This document shows positions 27,623-36,160 of a DNA stretch of 44,026 nucleotides, in pieces. The stretch is from a virus: IMG/VR virus record IMGVR_UViG_3300037466_003019. One strand, given 5' to 3'. The notes beneath the pieces are model-generated. The model had not been told where the DNA came from, made no database searches, and saw only the letters and a program-made list of their open reading frames with translations. The first letter of the stretch is position 1; every line of letters begins with the position of its first letter. The translations under genes were made by a program, and so were the position numbers.

Positions 27623-27958
27623 ATGGCACAGATTGACGAAGATCTCAGGGACATCCTTCGGATGGAGGCCGCGTGGGGCGCGATCTACGCGGATGCCACG
27701 CCGGAGGCCCATGAGCTGCGGGCCAAAATCGAGAACGCATGCACGAACTTTGTGCACACACATGCCTACAAGATCCTTGGGCTCTACCATCTCCATGAGA
27801 TGGACAGGGAACAGGCGCGGATCGATGACTTCATGCGGCGCTCGGAGGAGAAGAACGCGGTGCGCGAGGCCGTGGAGCGCGTAAGGCTACAAGGCTTGGG
27901 AGGCGAGGGACATTCGAACCCCACCTCGGCCGAGGGCGACCGCGAGTCGGACGCGTAG
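27623..27958 (+). CDS. Hypothetical protein (moron region)
   Basis: MAQIDEDLRDIL..., with GGAGA 7 nt upstream. Lower GC. The longest ORF starts at 27539. Confidence 0.45.
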   Translation: MAQIDEDLRDILRMEAAWGAIYADATPEAHELRAKIENACTNFVHTHAYKILGLYHLHEMDREQARIDDFMRRSEEKNAVREAVERVRLQGLGGEGHSNPTSAEGDRESDA

Positions 27959-27964
27959 CGCGGC

Positions 27965-28336
27965 TCACCTCGAGGTGCCAGTCACGGCCTGGTAGGCCCA
28001 GCGGATCCGCTCGGCAAGTTGCCTGGGCACCTCGTAACGCTGGCTACGGAACCGGTCGGCCAGCTTGTTGTATTCCTCCCACAGGTCCGCGACGGTGACT
28101 TCCTCGCGTGGCGTGGCCAGCACGCCGGCGCCGCGGCACGTCTCGCAAAGGATGCTGTGGAACGCGCAGTCCGGGCACGGCGTATAGCGCCAGAACATCC
28201 GGTGCATGAGCAGGCCATCGCGGCAGAAGAAGCAGGGCAGGCCGGCGACGTGACAGTCCCAGCCCGGCTTGCCGCAGGTGTCGCAGATCGCGGTGGGCCC
28301 GAGAAAGTTTAAGTTGCGGCGGGGCTGGCGAGGCAT
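27965..28336 (-). CDS. Cys-rich zinc-finger hypothetical protein (contains a DnaJ-type CxxCxGxG motif)
   Basis: MPRQPRRNLNFLGPTAICDTCGKPGWDCH...CPDCAFHSILCETCRGAG. One of the few minus-strand genes. The start is taken from the ORF-track frame. Confidence 0.5.
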   Translation of the reverse strand: MPRQPRRNLNFLGPTAICDTCGKPGWDCHVAGLPCFFCRDGLLMHRMFWRYTPCPDCAFHSILCETCRGAGVLATPREEVTVADLWEEYNKLADRFRSQRYEVPRQLAERIRWAYQAVTGTSR

Positions 28337-28391
28337 GCCGGCAGGGTAGGCCGCGGGCGTCTCACCTTGAGCGAACAGCCGCGCCCGGCGC

Positions 28392-28424
28392 GTTTCGCCC
28401 GCAGTATGGAGGCGCAACACCCTG
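28392..28424 (+). promoter_or_regulatory. Conserved late-promoter-like motif, copy C (gtttcgcccgCAGTATGGAggcgcaacaccctg)
   Basis: CAGTAT starts 42 nt upstream of the endolysin ATG. Confidence 0.45.
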
Positions 28425-28443
28425 GGCCCGCACGCTGCCGTGC

Positions 28444-29076
28444 ATGAGCACCGGCGCCTTTGAGATCAGCTACCCCCTCACGCTCGTGTACGAGCGGGGG
28501 TACAGCAACCATCCGCTGGACCCGGGCAAGGCCACCATGGACGGCGTGACGCAGGCGGTGTACGACGAGGACCGCCTGATGCGCGGCCTGCCGCGCCGCA
28601 GCGTGCGCGAGAGCACCGAGGCCGAGCGCCGCAGCATCTACCGCCGCCGCTACTGGGTCCTGGCCCAGTGCGACGAGTTGCCGAGCGGCGTGGATTACGC
28701 GGTGTTCGACTTTGCCGTGAACAGCGGCGTGGCCCGCGCGGTGAAGACCCTGCAGATGATCGTGGGCGCGGCCGCCGATGGGCAGTGCGGCCCGCGCACG
28801 CTGGCGCGCGTGCAGCGGCACGCCGCCACCTACGGCGTCACTGCGATCACCGACGAGCTGTGCCAGGAGCGCCTGCGGTTCCTGCAGGGCCTGCCGACCT
28901 TCGGCACGTTCGGCGAGGGCTGGACGCGCCGCGTGATGGGCCGCTGGCAAGGCACGCAGCGCGGCGACACCGGCGTGATCGATCGCGCCTTCGACATGGC
29001 GCAGGGCCGCGTACCGACCGCACCGGCTGCGCCCATGCCCACTCCCAAGACCTACGCCGCGAGGGCCGCTGCATGA
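28444..29076 (+). CDS. Endolysin, glycoside hydrolase family 108-like with C-terminal peptidoglycan-binding region
   Basis: The N-terminus YERGYSNHPLDPGKATMDGVTQAVY matches the GH108 signature (E.GYsnhp.D.GG.T..GIT). Confidence 0.8.
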   Translation: MSTGAFEISYPLTLVYERGYSNHPLDPGKATMDGVTQAVYDEDRLMRGLPRRSVRESTEAERRSIYRRRYWVLAQCDELPSGVDYAVFDFAVNSGVARAVKTLQMIVGAAADGQCGPRTLARVQRHAATYGVTAITDELCQERLRFLQGLPTFGTFGEGWTRRVMGRWQGTQRGDTGVIDRAFDMAQGRVPTAPAAPMPTPKTYAARAAA

Positions 29077-29468
29077 CGTACGTACCGGGGGCTGGCTGGT
29101 TCAAGGCAAGCGCGAGCGCCTGGGTGGCCGCGGTGATGACGTGGAGCGAGCCCTTCGCGTTCGTCGGTATCCCGGCCCCGGTGGTGTTCATGGCCTTTGC
29201 CGGCGCCGCGGCGGGGCTGATCCTGCAGCCGCCCAAGGTGACGCGCGCGCGCATGTTTGCCTGGGCGCTGGCCTTTACGCTGTTCGGCGCGGTGGCCACC
29301 GTGGTGCTGGGCGTGCTGCCGCACATGGCCTGGTCGCGCGAGGCCGCGCCCGCCATCGCCGGCCTGATCTCTCTGTTCGCGCAGGCGCTGGTGCCGGCGG
29401 TACGCGACCGGCTGGGCCGCGAGGTGAAGGACCGCGCCGCGCCTTCCCCGAGTGGAGACGCCCCATGA
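29073..29468 (+). CDS. Holin-like membrane protein
   Basis: 131 aa, with several hydrophobic helices and a charged C-terminus. ATGA-coupled to the endolysin gene. Confidence 0.6.
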   Translation: MTYVPGAGWFKASASAWVAAVMTWSEPFAFVGIPAPVVFMAFAGAAAGLILQPPKVTRARMFAWALAFTLFGAVATVVLGVLPHMAWSREAAPAIAGLISLFAQALVPAVRDRLGREVKDRAAPSPSGDAP

Positions 29469-29764
29469 TGTCGCTGATCAGCACGGTGGCCGCGCTGGTG
29501 GCCCTGGTGACCGGCATGGCGATGTTGCACGACGCCACCCCGCGCCCGACCGACACGACGCCCCGCGGCTGGCTGCGGCACGTGCTGCGCCTGGCCGTGC
29601 TGGTGGCGATCACCGCCAGCGCGGGCGTGCTGGTGCTGATCCCCCGCATGCGCGGCACGTCGCTGTACGAGGTGGCGTTCCATTGCGCCCTGGCGGCGTT
29701 CATGGCCATGCAGGCGCCGTGCCCCTGGTGGCGCTATGTGACGCGCGGGAGGGCGACCGGATGA
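29465..29764 (+). CDS. Second small membrane protein (holin/antiholin-like)
   Basis: 99 aa, 2-3 TM segments, ATGA-coupled. Confidence 0.5.
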   Translation: MMSLISTVAALVALVTGMAMLHDATPRPTDTTPRGWLRHVLRLAVLVAITASAGVLVLIPRMRGTSLYEVAFHCALAAFMAMQAPCPWWRYVTRGRATG

Positions 29765-30171
29765 AGGCGATACCGCTCCCCTGGCTGCTGGTGGCGCTGC
29801 TGGCGTGGACCGCGCTGTGCATAGGCGGCGGCTATGCCTGGGGCAGTCACGCCGAGGGCAACGCCCGCGACGCGGCGGCCCATCGCGCGGACACCCAGCG
29901 CGACGACGCCACCGCTAAGCGCGACCAGCGCATCGACGCCATCGGCGCCAGCACGCGGCACGCGACCGACCGCGCCCGCAACGACACCCAAGGAGCCGGC
30001 GATGAAGCTGCCGCACGTATCCGCACCGTGGTGGTGCCTGCCGATTGTCGCGCTGTGCCTGCTGACGTCCTGCACGAGTTGGACCAGGCACGCGACCGTA
30101 TCAACGCCAAGATCGGAGGCGGTGTGCGACCAGGCCCCGCCCACGCCGGTACCGCCCCAGCCCCGGACTGA
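29761..30171 (+). CDS. i-spanin (Rz-like)
   Basis: N-terminal TM segment (LPWLLVALLAWTALCIGG), then a charged helical periplasmic part. Confidence 0.7.
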   Translation: MKAIPLPWLLVALLAWTALCIGGGYAWGSHAEGNARDAAAHRADTQRDDATAKRDQRIDAIGASTRHATDRARNDTQGAGDEAAARIRTVVVPADCRAVPADVLHELDQARDRINAKIGGGVRPGPAHAGTAPAPD

Positions 30172-30316
30172 GCCGGAGCACGCCGCCTGGGTACGCATCC
30201 TGATGGCGCTCTACGAGTTCGAGGTGGACAAGTACAACATCGCCCAGCCGTGCCGGGAGCGGGTGAGGGCGGAGAATGCGCAGGCCGCGGGCGGCGCACA
30301 TTGGTCGAGATACTGA
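30002..30316 (+). CDS. o-spanin lipoprotein (Rz1-like), overlapped architecture
   Basis: AAGGAG lies 6-7 nt upstream. Signal peptide with lipobox LLTSC and a Pro-rich mature part. It starts inside the i-spanin gene in another frame. Confidence 0.7.
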   Translation: MKLPHVSAPWWCLPIVALCLLTSCTSWTRHATVSTPRSEAVCDQAPPTPVPPQPRTEPEHAAWVRILMALYEFEVDKYNIAQPCRERVRAENAQAAGGAHWSRY

Positions 30317-30712
30317 CTATCTGCAGGCGATATCGCCGGATTTCACGGATGCCTCGACGGCATCCAGATCTTGCTCACTCCATTGGAGCGAGTGTTTGAT
30401 CGTAGCGACCATCACGTGTGCGCCAGAATCGGTTGGCGTTACCGTCGCGCGGGCAACAATGACGCCGCTGCTGTTCGCCACATTGACCTCACCCGTGCGC
30501 GTGTCTGGATAGAGATTGCTGCTCACCACGTTCGGTGCAAATCCCACAAAGCCGCGCGCGCATTGCTGAAAAAAGCTGCTGGCATGGTGGTACGCCTGTT
30601 CGTACGCCATGCCTGGGACATCGAAGTCGCGACGAAGGCCGTTGCTTCCATCTGGCCGAACGCCACAACCCGCGACTAGCGACGCAGCTATGAGAACCAG
30701 AATCTGTCGCAT
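30317..30712 (-). CDS. Lipoprotein co-transcribed with the repressor (superinfection-exclusion candidate)
   Basis: MRQILVLIAASLVAGC contains a lipobox. Its start overlaps the repressor stop (TGATG on the minus strand). Lower GC. Confidence 0.6.
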   Translation of the reverse strand: MRQILVLIAASLVAGCGVRPDGSNGLRRDFDVPGMAYEQAYHHASSFFQQCARGFVGFAPNVVSSNLYPDTRTGEVNVANSSGVIVARATVTPTDSGAHVMVATIKHSLQWSEQDLDAVEASVKSGDIACR

Positions 30713-31110
30713 CACTCGCCCCCTGTCCGTTCCAGCTTGAGAAACTCCAGCAACGCCTCTTGCCGCTTGGCCTCCAGGGCACGATAGCGCATCAACAGCG
30801 CAAACTCCTTGGCATCCTTGGCACAACCCACCGATGCAGGCGGCGCCTTGTAGTCAGGCGGCCGGCCGTCCAAAAGGTTCAGTCCGGCTCGCGCCGTAGC
30901 GGCCACATCTGCGTCACCGCAGATCAGGTCGTCTAGAGAGATGCCAAGCGCCGCTCTAAGGCGTGGCCATTTGTCGAATCCCGGGTAGCTCCGCCCGTTT
31001 TCCCACGCCGCCACCGCTTGCTTCGTCATCCCGACCGCGAAGCCAAGCTGGTCCTGGGTCAGGTCGGCGGCGATCCGCGCGCGGCGCAGTCGATCGCCAA
31101 AGCTAACCAT
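30712..31110 (-). CDS. CI-like repressor (XRE-family HTH)
   Basis: MVSFGDRLRRARIAADLTQDQLGFAVGMTKQAVAAWENGRSYP. Divergent from a Cro-like gene. Confidence 0.75.
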   Translation of the reverse strand: MVSFGDRLRRARIAADLTQDQLGFAVGMTKQAVAAWENGRSYPGFDKWPRLRAALGISLDDLICGDADVAATARAGLNLLDGRPPDYKAPPASVGCAKDAKEFALLMRYRALEAKRQEALLEFLKLERTGGE

Positions 31111-31155
31111 GTCCGGACTCCCGACTTCAGTAGGCCGGGAGTGTACGGGGGCGTT

Positions 31156-31165
31156 TGACGCGTCA
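31156..31165. promoter_or_regulatory. Perfect 10-bp palindrome TGACGCGTCA (operator candidate) in the switch region
   Basis: A related half-site, TTGACACGTG, lies at 31179-31188. Confidence 0.3.
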
Positions 31166-31178
31166 GGGACAAAGGTGA

Positions 31179-31208
31179 TTGACACGTGAAGTAAACCATC
31201 CTTAGACT
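31179..31208 (+). promoter_or_regulatory. Sigma70-like promoter candidate (TTGACA-18 nt-TAGACT) for the Cro-like gene
   Basis: The -10 element ends 8 nt before the ATG at 31217, so the transcript would be nearly leaderless. Confidence 0.35.
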
Positions 31209-31216
31209 CGCATCCC

Positions 31217-31474
31217 ATGGACGAGTCACCCACAAATCCCATCCGCGCCGCCCGACTGAAGCGCCGCCTGTCCCAGCAAGGGCTGGCGGCCAAGGTGAAG
31301 GTCTCCAAGGCGGCCGTCAGCGCGTGGGAATGCGGCAAGGCCGAGCCCGCTCCGCGGACGGCCTTGGCCCTTGTGAAGGTTTTGCCAACGCTGCGGTTCG
31401 AACAGATCTACCCGGTAGTGCCTCCTTCCGACGAGGAGCAGGGCGGCGACCCAGTGCAGAGGGCCGCCGCATGA
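31217..31474 (+). CDS. Cro-like XRE-family HTH protein
   Basis: IRAARLKRRLSQQGLAAKVKVSKAAVSAWECGK. Confidence 0.7.
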   Translation: MDESPTNPIRAARLKRRLSQQGLAAKVKVSKAAVSAWECGKAEPAPRTALALVKVLPTLRFEQIYPVVPPSDEEQGGDPVQRAAA

Positions 31475-32238
31475 ACCTCCTCGGCTACGTGCGCGTGTCC
31501 ACCGAGGAGCAGGCCCGCGAGGGCGTGAGCCTGGGCCAGCAGGTCGAGCGGCTGCGCGCGTATTGCGCGCTGCATGGGCACCAGCTGGTCGGCGCGGTGC
31601 TCGACGAGGGCGTGAGCGCCAGCGTGCCGCTGGCCAAGCGCGAGGGCGGCCGCACACTGCTGGCGCGCCTGAAAGCCGGCGATGCGGAAGGCGTGGTGGT
31701 GGTGCGGCTGGACCGGCTGTTCCGCGACGCGCTGGACGGGCTGATGTTTTTCCGCGGGCCGGCCGAGCGGCTGGGCGTGGCCGTGCACAGCATCAGCGAG
31801 CTGATCGACAGCAGCACGCCGGCCGGGCGCCTGAGCCTGACCATTCAGCTGGCCGCGGCGCAGTACGAGCGCGACCTGGCCGTGCAGCGCGCGACCGAGT
31901 GCAACGCCGCACTGCGGGAGCAGGGCAGGGTGTACGGCCACGTGCCCTACGGGTGCGTGGCGGTGGGGGAGGGCGACGGCCGCCACCTGGCGCGCGACCC
32001 GCAGACCTGGTGCCACCGCGAGGCGGCCGTGCGCCTGCTCGACAAGCACAGCCTTCGCGGCGCCGCCCTCGAACTGGCGGCGCGCGGCATCCCCAGCCCC
32101 ACGGGCAAGCCGCGCTGGTCGCCGAACACGTTGCGCGCGTTGCGCACCCACCACGACTCCCTCCGCAAGCTACCGATGGCTCAGCCTGCCACCGGTGATA
32201 CCGCCTCGCCTGACCCGGAGGTTTCACCCCATGCTTGA
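31471..32238 (+). CDS. Serine recombinase (resolvase domain plus partial large-serine-recombinase 'recombinase' domain)
   Basis: MNLLGYVRVSTEEQAREGVSL supplies the catalytic Ser motif. Also ...VVVVRLDRLFRD..., ...SLTIQLAAAQYERD..., then GIPSPTGKPRWSPNTLRALR. ATGA-coupled to the Cro-like gene. Confidence 0.8.
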   Translation: MNLLGYVRVSTEEQAREGVSLGQQVERLRAYCALHGHQLVGAVLDEGVSASVPLAKREGGRTLLARLKAGDAEGVVVVRLDRLFRDALDGLMFFRGPAERLGVAVHSISELIDSSTPAGRLSLTIQLAAAQYERDLAVQRATECNAALREQGRVYGHVPYGCVAVGEGDGRHLARDPQTWCHREAAVRLLDKHSLRGAALELAARGIPSPTGKPRWSPNTLRALRTHHDSLRKLPMAQPATGDTASPDPEVSPHA

Positions 32239-32488
32239 GTTGCAGGAAAGCGCCGCGCCGGCGCGTGCGCGCCACGTGTTCGCCAGCCAGGCGCATGCAG
32301 CAGCGCACGAGGTGATCACCCTGCGTGAGCTGCTGGCACGGGCCCGTTGCGAGGGGCTGGCGACCGAAGGCCTGCGCGGCCTGGTGCTGGGCATGATCGC
32401 CGAGCGCGGGCGGTTTCTTGCCGCCGCCGGCGCGGACGTGGCCAGCGACCTGATCGAGCTTGCCGGGGAGGAGCGCCGCCGTGCGTGA
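32231..32488 (+). CDS. Hypothetical protein
   Basis: 85-aa ORF overlapping the previous stop by 8 nt. Confidence 0.4.
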   Translation: MLELQESAAPARARHVFASQAHAAAHEVITLRELLARARCEGLATEGLRGLVLGMIAERGRFLAAAGADVASDLIELAGEERRRA

Positions 32489-33053
32489 GACCCGCGCCCA
32501 GGTGATCGCCGAGCACGTGACGTTCGCCCTGACCCGCAGCGCGCTCACCGAGCGCACCTACGCGCAGGCGGTGGCGGACCTGTACCACGAGCGCACGCCG
32601 CTGCATGCGCGCACCGTGCCGTTCCAGCACAGCAAGGACCCGTATGCCGACAGCGAGGCCAACCGGCAAACGGTGAAGCGCATGCTGGACGGCCGCGTGC
32701 GCATGGCGGTGGACGTGGAGGAGGCGCTGGTGCTGGCGCTGCCGCAGCCCTACCGCGACCACGCGCTGACCGAACTGAGCGCGCGGCTGGGCCTGCTGGC
32801 GGTGCATTGCCCCTCGCACCTGGCCGCCGGGCAGCAGCACCAGGTGGGCGAGCTGCTTAAGCACGTGGGCGAGAGCATGCAGCGGCTGGCGCCCCTGCTC
32901 GAGGACGGCGTGATCGACGCCCGCGACGCCGCCTACGCCGACAGCGCGCTGCGCGAGCTGGATGTGCTGCTGGGCCAGGTGGTGACGCTGCGCAGCGCCA
33001 TCCGCCAGTACGCCAAGGGCGAGCCCTGCGACGCCGTGGAGGACGTGCCGTGA
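32481..33053 (+). CDS. Hypothetical early protein
   Basis: GTG start with GGGGAGGAG upstream. 190 aa of protein-like composition. Confidence 0.5.
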   Translation: MRETRAQVIAEHVTFALTRSALTERTYAQAVADLYHERTPLHARTVPFQHSKDPYADSEANRQTVKRMLDGRVRMAVDVEEALVLALPQPYRDHALTELSARLGLLAVHCPSHLAAGQQHQVGELLKHVGESMQRLAPLLEDGVIDARDAAYADSALRELDVLLGQVVTLRSAIRQYAKGEPCDAVEDVP

Positions 33054-33286
33054 CGCGGCGCAGCTGGAAGGCCATGCGCGCCGCGGCCGAGGCGGTGATC
33101 GCCCACACCACGCTGGCCGAGGAGCTGCAGGCGTCCGGGCATCGCCGGGCGGCGGCAACGCTGCGCTGGAAGGCAGCGCGGCGCGCGCTGATGGCGATGG
33201 CGGCGGCACGGTCCGTGCTCGGCCTGCCGAGCCGGGAGCAGACCGCCGCCATGACGGCGCTCACGCGGGAGGCCTTCCTGCAATGA
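33050..33286 (+). CDS. Hypothetical protein
   Basis: 78-aa GTGA-coupled ORF. Confidence 0.35.
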   Translation: MTRRSWKAMRAAAEAVIAHTTLAEELQASGHRRAAATLRWKAARRALMAMAAARSVLGLPSREQTAAMTALTREAFLQ

Positions 33287-33627
33287 CCTTCGGACGCTTC
33301 GCCGATGGCCTGGCCGCGTTGCGCGCGGCTTTCCCCCTGAGGTTCGCGCACCTCGGTCGGGCCATCGGCGCAGCGCCTGCTGCAAAAGAGAACGCCCAGG
33401 GCGGCAACCCCGGGCGTTCGGATGTCACCCCGCCCCTTGGAGAACGGAAGGACATGAACACTCTACCCCAAGCGCCCGACGCGCGCCAAATGGCGGCGGG
33501 ACGCGCTGCGCTGCTGCGCTGGTACCCCACCATGCCGCTGCGCATGGTCGACGCCCTCCGCCTGCACCGTCCGGGCTATCCGCTGATCGCGGGTGGCAAG
33601 GACGGGCAGGGGAGGGTGCGCACGTGA
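33283..33627 (+). CDS. Hypothetical protein
   Basis: 114-aa coupled ORF. The start is uncertain. Confidence 0.35.
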   Translation: MTFGRFADGLAALRAAFPLRFAHLGRAIGAAPAAKENAQGGNPGRSDVTPPLGERKDMNTLPQAPDARQMAAGRAALLRWYPTMPLRMVDALRLHRPGYPLIAGGKDGQGRVRT

Positions 33628-34013
33628 ACCCCCCCCTGTACATCGGCCCGGGTTCGCTGGCGCTGTGCGCGAAGGCGCACGAGCTGCGCGCGGCGGCCAA
33701 GGAAGCCAAGACGCCGTTGAAGCAGGTGGCGGCGGAGATGGGCATCTCGCGCTCGACGCTGCGCACCTGGGCGGACGCGCACGAAAAGATGACCACGTTC
33801 GCGGTGCAACTGGCCCGCGAGGGCTCGCCGACGATGAACGTGTGCATGGTGGTGACGCCGAGCGGCGCGGGCGCTGCAGCCATCGCCGTTTTCCGCGAGT
33901 ACCCGGGCACGTTCAAGAACCTGGAGCTGCCCGGCTGGCGCATGCTGGTGGGCGAGATGAGCTATCCGCTCGAGCAAGTGCGCGCCGAGGCGACGCCGCG
34001 GAGGGCCGCCTGA
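33624..34013 (+). CDS. HTH-containing hypothetical protein
   Basis: GTG start with AGGGGAGGG upstream. LKQVAAEMGISRSTLRTWA is HTH-like. Confidence 0.5.
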   Translation: MNPPLYIGPGSLALCAKAHELRAAAKEAKTPLKQVAAEMGISRSTLRTWADAHEKMTTFAVQLAREGSPTMNVCMVVTPSGAGAAAIAVFREYPGTFKNLELPGWRMLVGEMSYPLEQVRAEATPRRAA

Positions 34014-34309
34014 TGCCCGCCGCCAACCGTTTCAGCGGGCTGGACCCGCTCGACACCTTCCACGGCCGCCTGCGGGCCGCGCGCACCCATGCACGCCTCA
34101 CCGAGGAGGAGGCCGCCGGCCTGGGCCAACTCACGGTGAAGAAGCTGCAGGGCATGGAGCGCGGCAGCGAGTCCGGTAAGCAGCCGAACATGCCGGCGCT
34201 CACGCGCCTGGGCGCCGCCTACGGCGTCAGCGCCGTGTGGCTCGCCGCCGGCGGCGCGGCGGGCGCGAAGCTGGTGCCGGAGTGGTACGTACCGGGGAGG
34301 GCGGGCTGA
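34013..34309 (+). CDS. XRE-family HTH protein
   Basis: RLRAARTHARLTEEEAAGLGQLTVKKLQGMERG...LTRLGAAYGVSAVWL. Confidence 0.55.
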   Translation: MPAANRFSGLDPLDTFHGRLRAARTHARLTEEEAAGLGQLTVKKLQGMERGSESGKQPNMPALTRLGAAYGVSAVWLAAGGAAGAKLVPEWYVPGRAG

Positions 34310-34677
34310 TGCAGTCCCTGAACTCTTGCCGGGGTAACCGGACACAACTCGCCCAAGCCGTGGCCCTGCGCTTCGGCGTTGACCCGAACGCTGCGTATCC
34401 AGTTTCCGCATTTATCGTTCAACTGCTTGAGCAGCAGGGTGACGACGGAGCTAATGGCATCGACCAGGCCATCGCAGGAACGATGGGCCCTGACGATTAC
34501 TACGACCTGCTCGAAGGGTTCCAGATTGGGCACCGCCAGATCCGTACATGGGTGCGGGAAGGCCGCGCCGGCGAACCAGTCGCGCTGACTACGCGGGGGC
34601 GGGAGCTTGCGCGTCGGATCAACGATGAGCTCGTAATTTTCACCGGCGCAGATTCGACGATGGAGGCCACCCCGTGA
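34309..34677 (+). CDS. Hypothetical protein
   Basis: 122 aa, TGATG-coupled, lower GC. Confidence 0.45.
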   Translation: MQSLNSCRGNRTQLAQAVALRFGVDPNAAYPVSAFIVQLLEQQGDDGANGIDQAIAGTMGPDDYYDLLEGFQIGHRQIRTWVREGRAGEPVALTTRGRELARRINDELVIFTGADSTMEATP

Positions 34678-35636
34678 CCTCCAACGTCATCACCATCGCC
34701 GGCCACAGCGTTACGCCCGTTACGCTGACCCAGGCCATCGCGCACTTCCTGCAGCGCAAGCGCCTGCGCAACGCCGCGCTGAACACCTTGGTGGCCTATG
34801 CGGGCGACCTGCAGGACTTCGCCGACTTCGCCGCCACGCAGGGCGTGGAGCTGGTCGGCCTGGTGGGCGAGCGGCTGGTCGGCCGCTGGCTGGACCGGCT
34901 CGGCCACCGCGGCCTGTCGCCGCGCAGCCAGGCACGCAAGCTGACCGTGCTGCGGCAGCTGGTGCTGCACAGCATTCGCGAGGGCTGGCTGAGCCACGAC
35001 CCGACCAAAGATGACCGTGTGCACTTCGTGCAATTGCCGAAGATCGCACCGGAGCTGTCGCCGCTGCTCACCATGTTGGATGCACTGCCCACCCGCACGC
35101 CGCAGGACCTGCGCGACCGCGCCATGCTGCGCCTGACGCTGGATGCAGCCTTGCGCGTGGGCGACCTGACCGGCCTGGACGTGCCAAACCCGGTGCGGCC
35201 GCCCTTCAACACGGTGGACCTCGGCCGCCGTGAGGTTCGCACGCTGGGCAAGGGCCGCAAGCCGGCCGTGGTGCCCATCAACCAGCGCAGCGCCGAATGG
35301 CTGGGCGACTGGCTGCGCGTGCGTGACCGCATGGCCCGCGAGGGCGAGTGCGCGATCTTCGTGAGCAATCGCGGCACGCGCATCACCCGTCAGCAGATCT
35401 ACAACCGCGTGCGCCAGCTGGGCGCGCAGCACGGTCTGCCGGACCTGCACCCGCACCTGCTGCGCCACCGCCGCGTAGGTGACGTGGTGGAGCAGCTGGG
35501 CCTGGAGGCCGGCCAGCACCTGGCGCGCCACAAGAGCAAGTCCACCACCGCCGCCGTGTACGGCGCCCAGGCCGCCGCCGTGGTGCGCCACGTGCTACGC
35601 GAGCGAGCGGACCTGGATGCAAGGAGGGTGGGCTGA
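34674..35636 (+). CDS. Tyrosine recombinase (XerD-like), third of three
   Basis: RDRAMLRLTLDAALRVGDLTGL, TLGKGRKPAVVPI, HPHLLRHRRVGDVV, ARHKSKSTTAAVY. Confidence 0.8.
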   Translation: MTSNVITIAGHSVTPVTLTQAIAHFLQRKRLRNAALNTLVAYAGDLQDFADFAATQGVELVGLVGERLVGRWLDRLGHRGLSPRSQARKLTVLRQLVLHSIREGWLSHDPTKDDRVHFVQLPKIAPELSPLLTMLDALPTRTPQDLRDRAMLRLTLDAALRVGDLTGLDVPNPVRPPFNTVDLGRREVRTLGKGRKPAVVPINQRSAEWLGDWLRVRDRMAREGECAIFVSNRGTRITRQQIYNRVRQLGAQHGLPDLHPHLLRHRRVGDVVEQLGLEAGQHLARHKSKSTTAAVYGAQAAAVVRHVLRERADLDARRVG

Positions 35637-36160
35637 TGGATGTGCTGACCGTTACCGCCGGCGCGGTGCTCTCCGAGTGCGGCCGGTACCGCTACAGCCT
35701 GACGCGCCACGTGGGCGAGCAGGGCCCGCTCTACGGCTTCGTAGGCGTGAACCCCTCGACCGCCGACGCCGAGATCGATGACGCGACCGTGCGCAAGTGG
35801 CGCGGCTTCGTGCAGCGCTGGGGCGGCCGCGGCTTCGTGGTAGCCAACCTGTTCGCCTGGCGCGCCACGGACGTGACCGCACTGGCGTGCCCGCCGGATC
35901 CCGTTGGTACCGGCAACATGGCGGCGCTGGCAGCGATGGTGGACGCCTGCGATGTAATCGTGCCGTGCTGGGGGAGCCGCATGAAGCTGCCCCGGGCGCT
36001 GTGGCCGCAGATCAACCGCGTGCGCGCGCAGCTGCTGGCCAGCGGCAAACCCGTCATGTGCTTCGGGCACGCCAAGAGCGGCGACCCGATGCATCCGCTG
36101 ATGCTGGGCTATGACACGCCGCTGGTGCCGCTGGTGGCGCCGATGGCAGGTGCCGCATGA
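35636..36160 (+). CDS. DUF1643-family protein
   Basis: CGRYRYSLTRHV...FVGVNPSTADAEIDDATVRKWRGF...VVANLFAWRATD...DPVGTGN...VPCWG matches the family pattern. AAGGAGGG RBS. Confidence 0.7.
   Translation: MDVLTVTAGAVLSECGRYRYSLTRHVGEQGPLYGFVGVNPSTADAEIDDATVRKWRGFVQRWGGRGFVVANLFAWRATDVTALACPPDPVGTGNMAALAAMVDACDVIVPCWGSRMKLPRALWPQINRVRAQLLASGKPVMCFGHAKSGDPMHPLMLGYDTPLVPLVAPMAGAA

Noticed and set aside
28321-28381. Apparent 1-nt inconsistency between my hand translation of the printed sequence and the ORF-track translation for the minus-strand gene 27965-28420.
   Set aside because: Most likely my own indexing slip over one 60-nt line. The track translation is self-consistent (456 nt, in frame at both ends), so I used its coordinates and make no frameshift or pseudogene claim.
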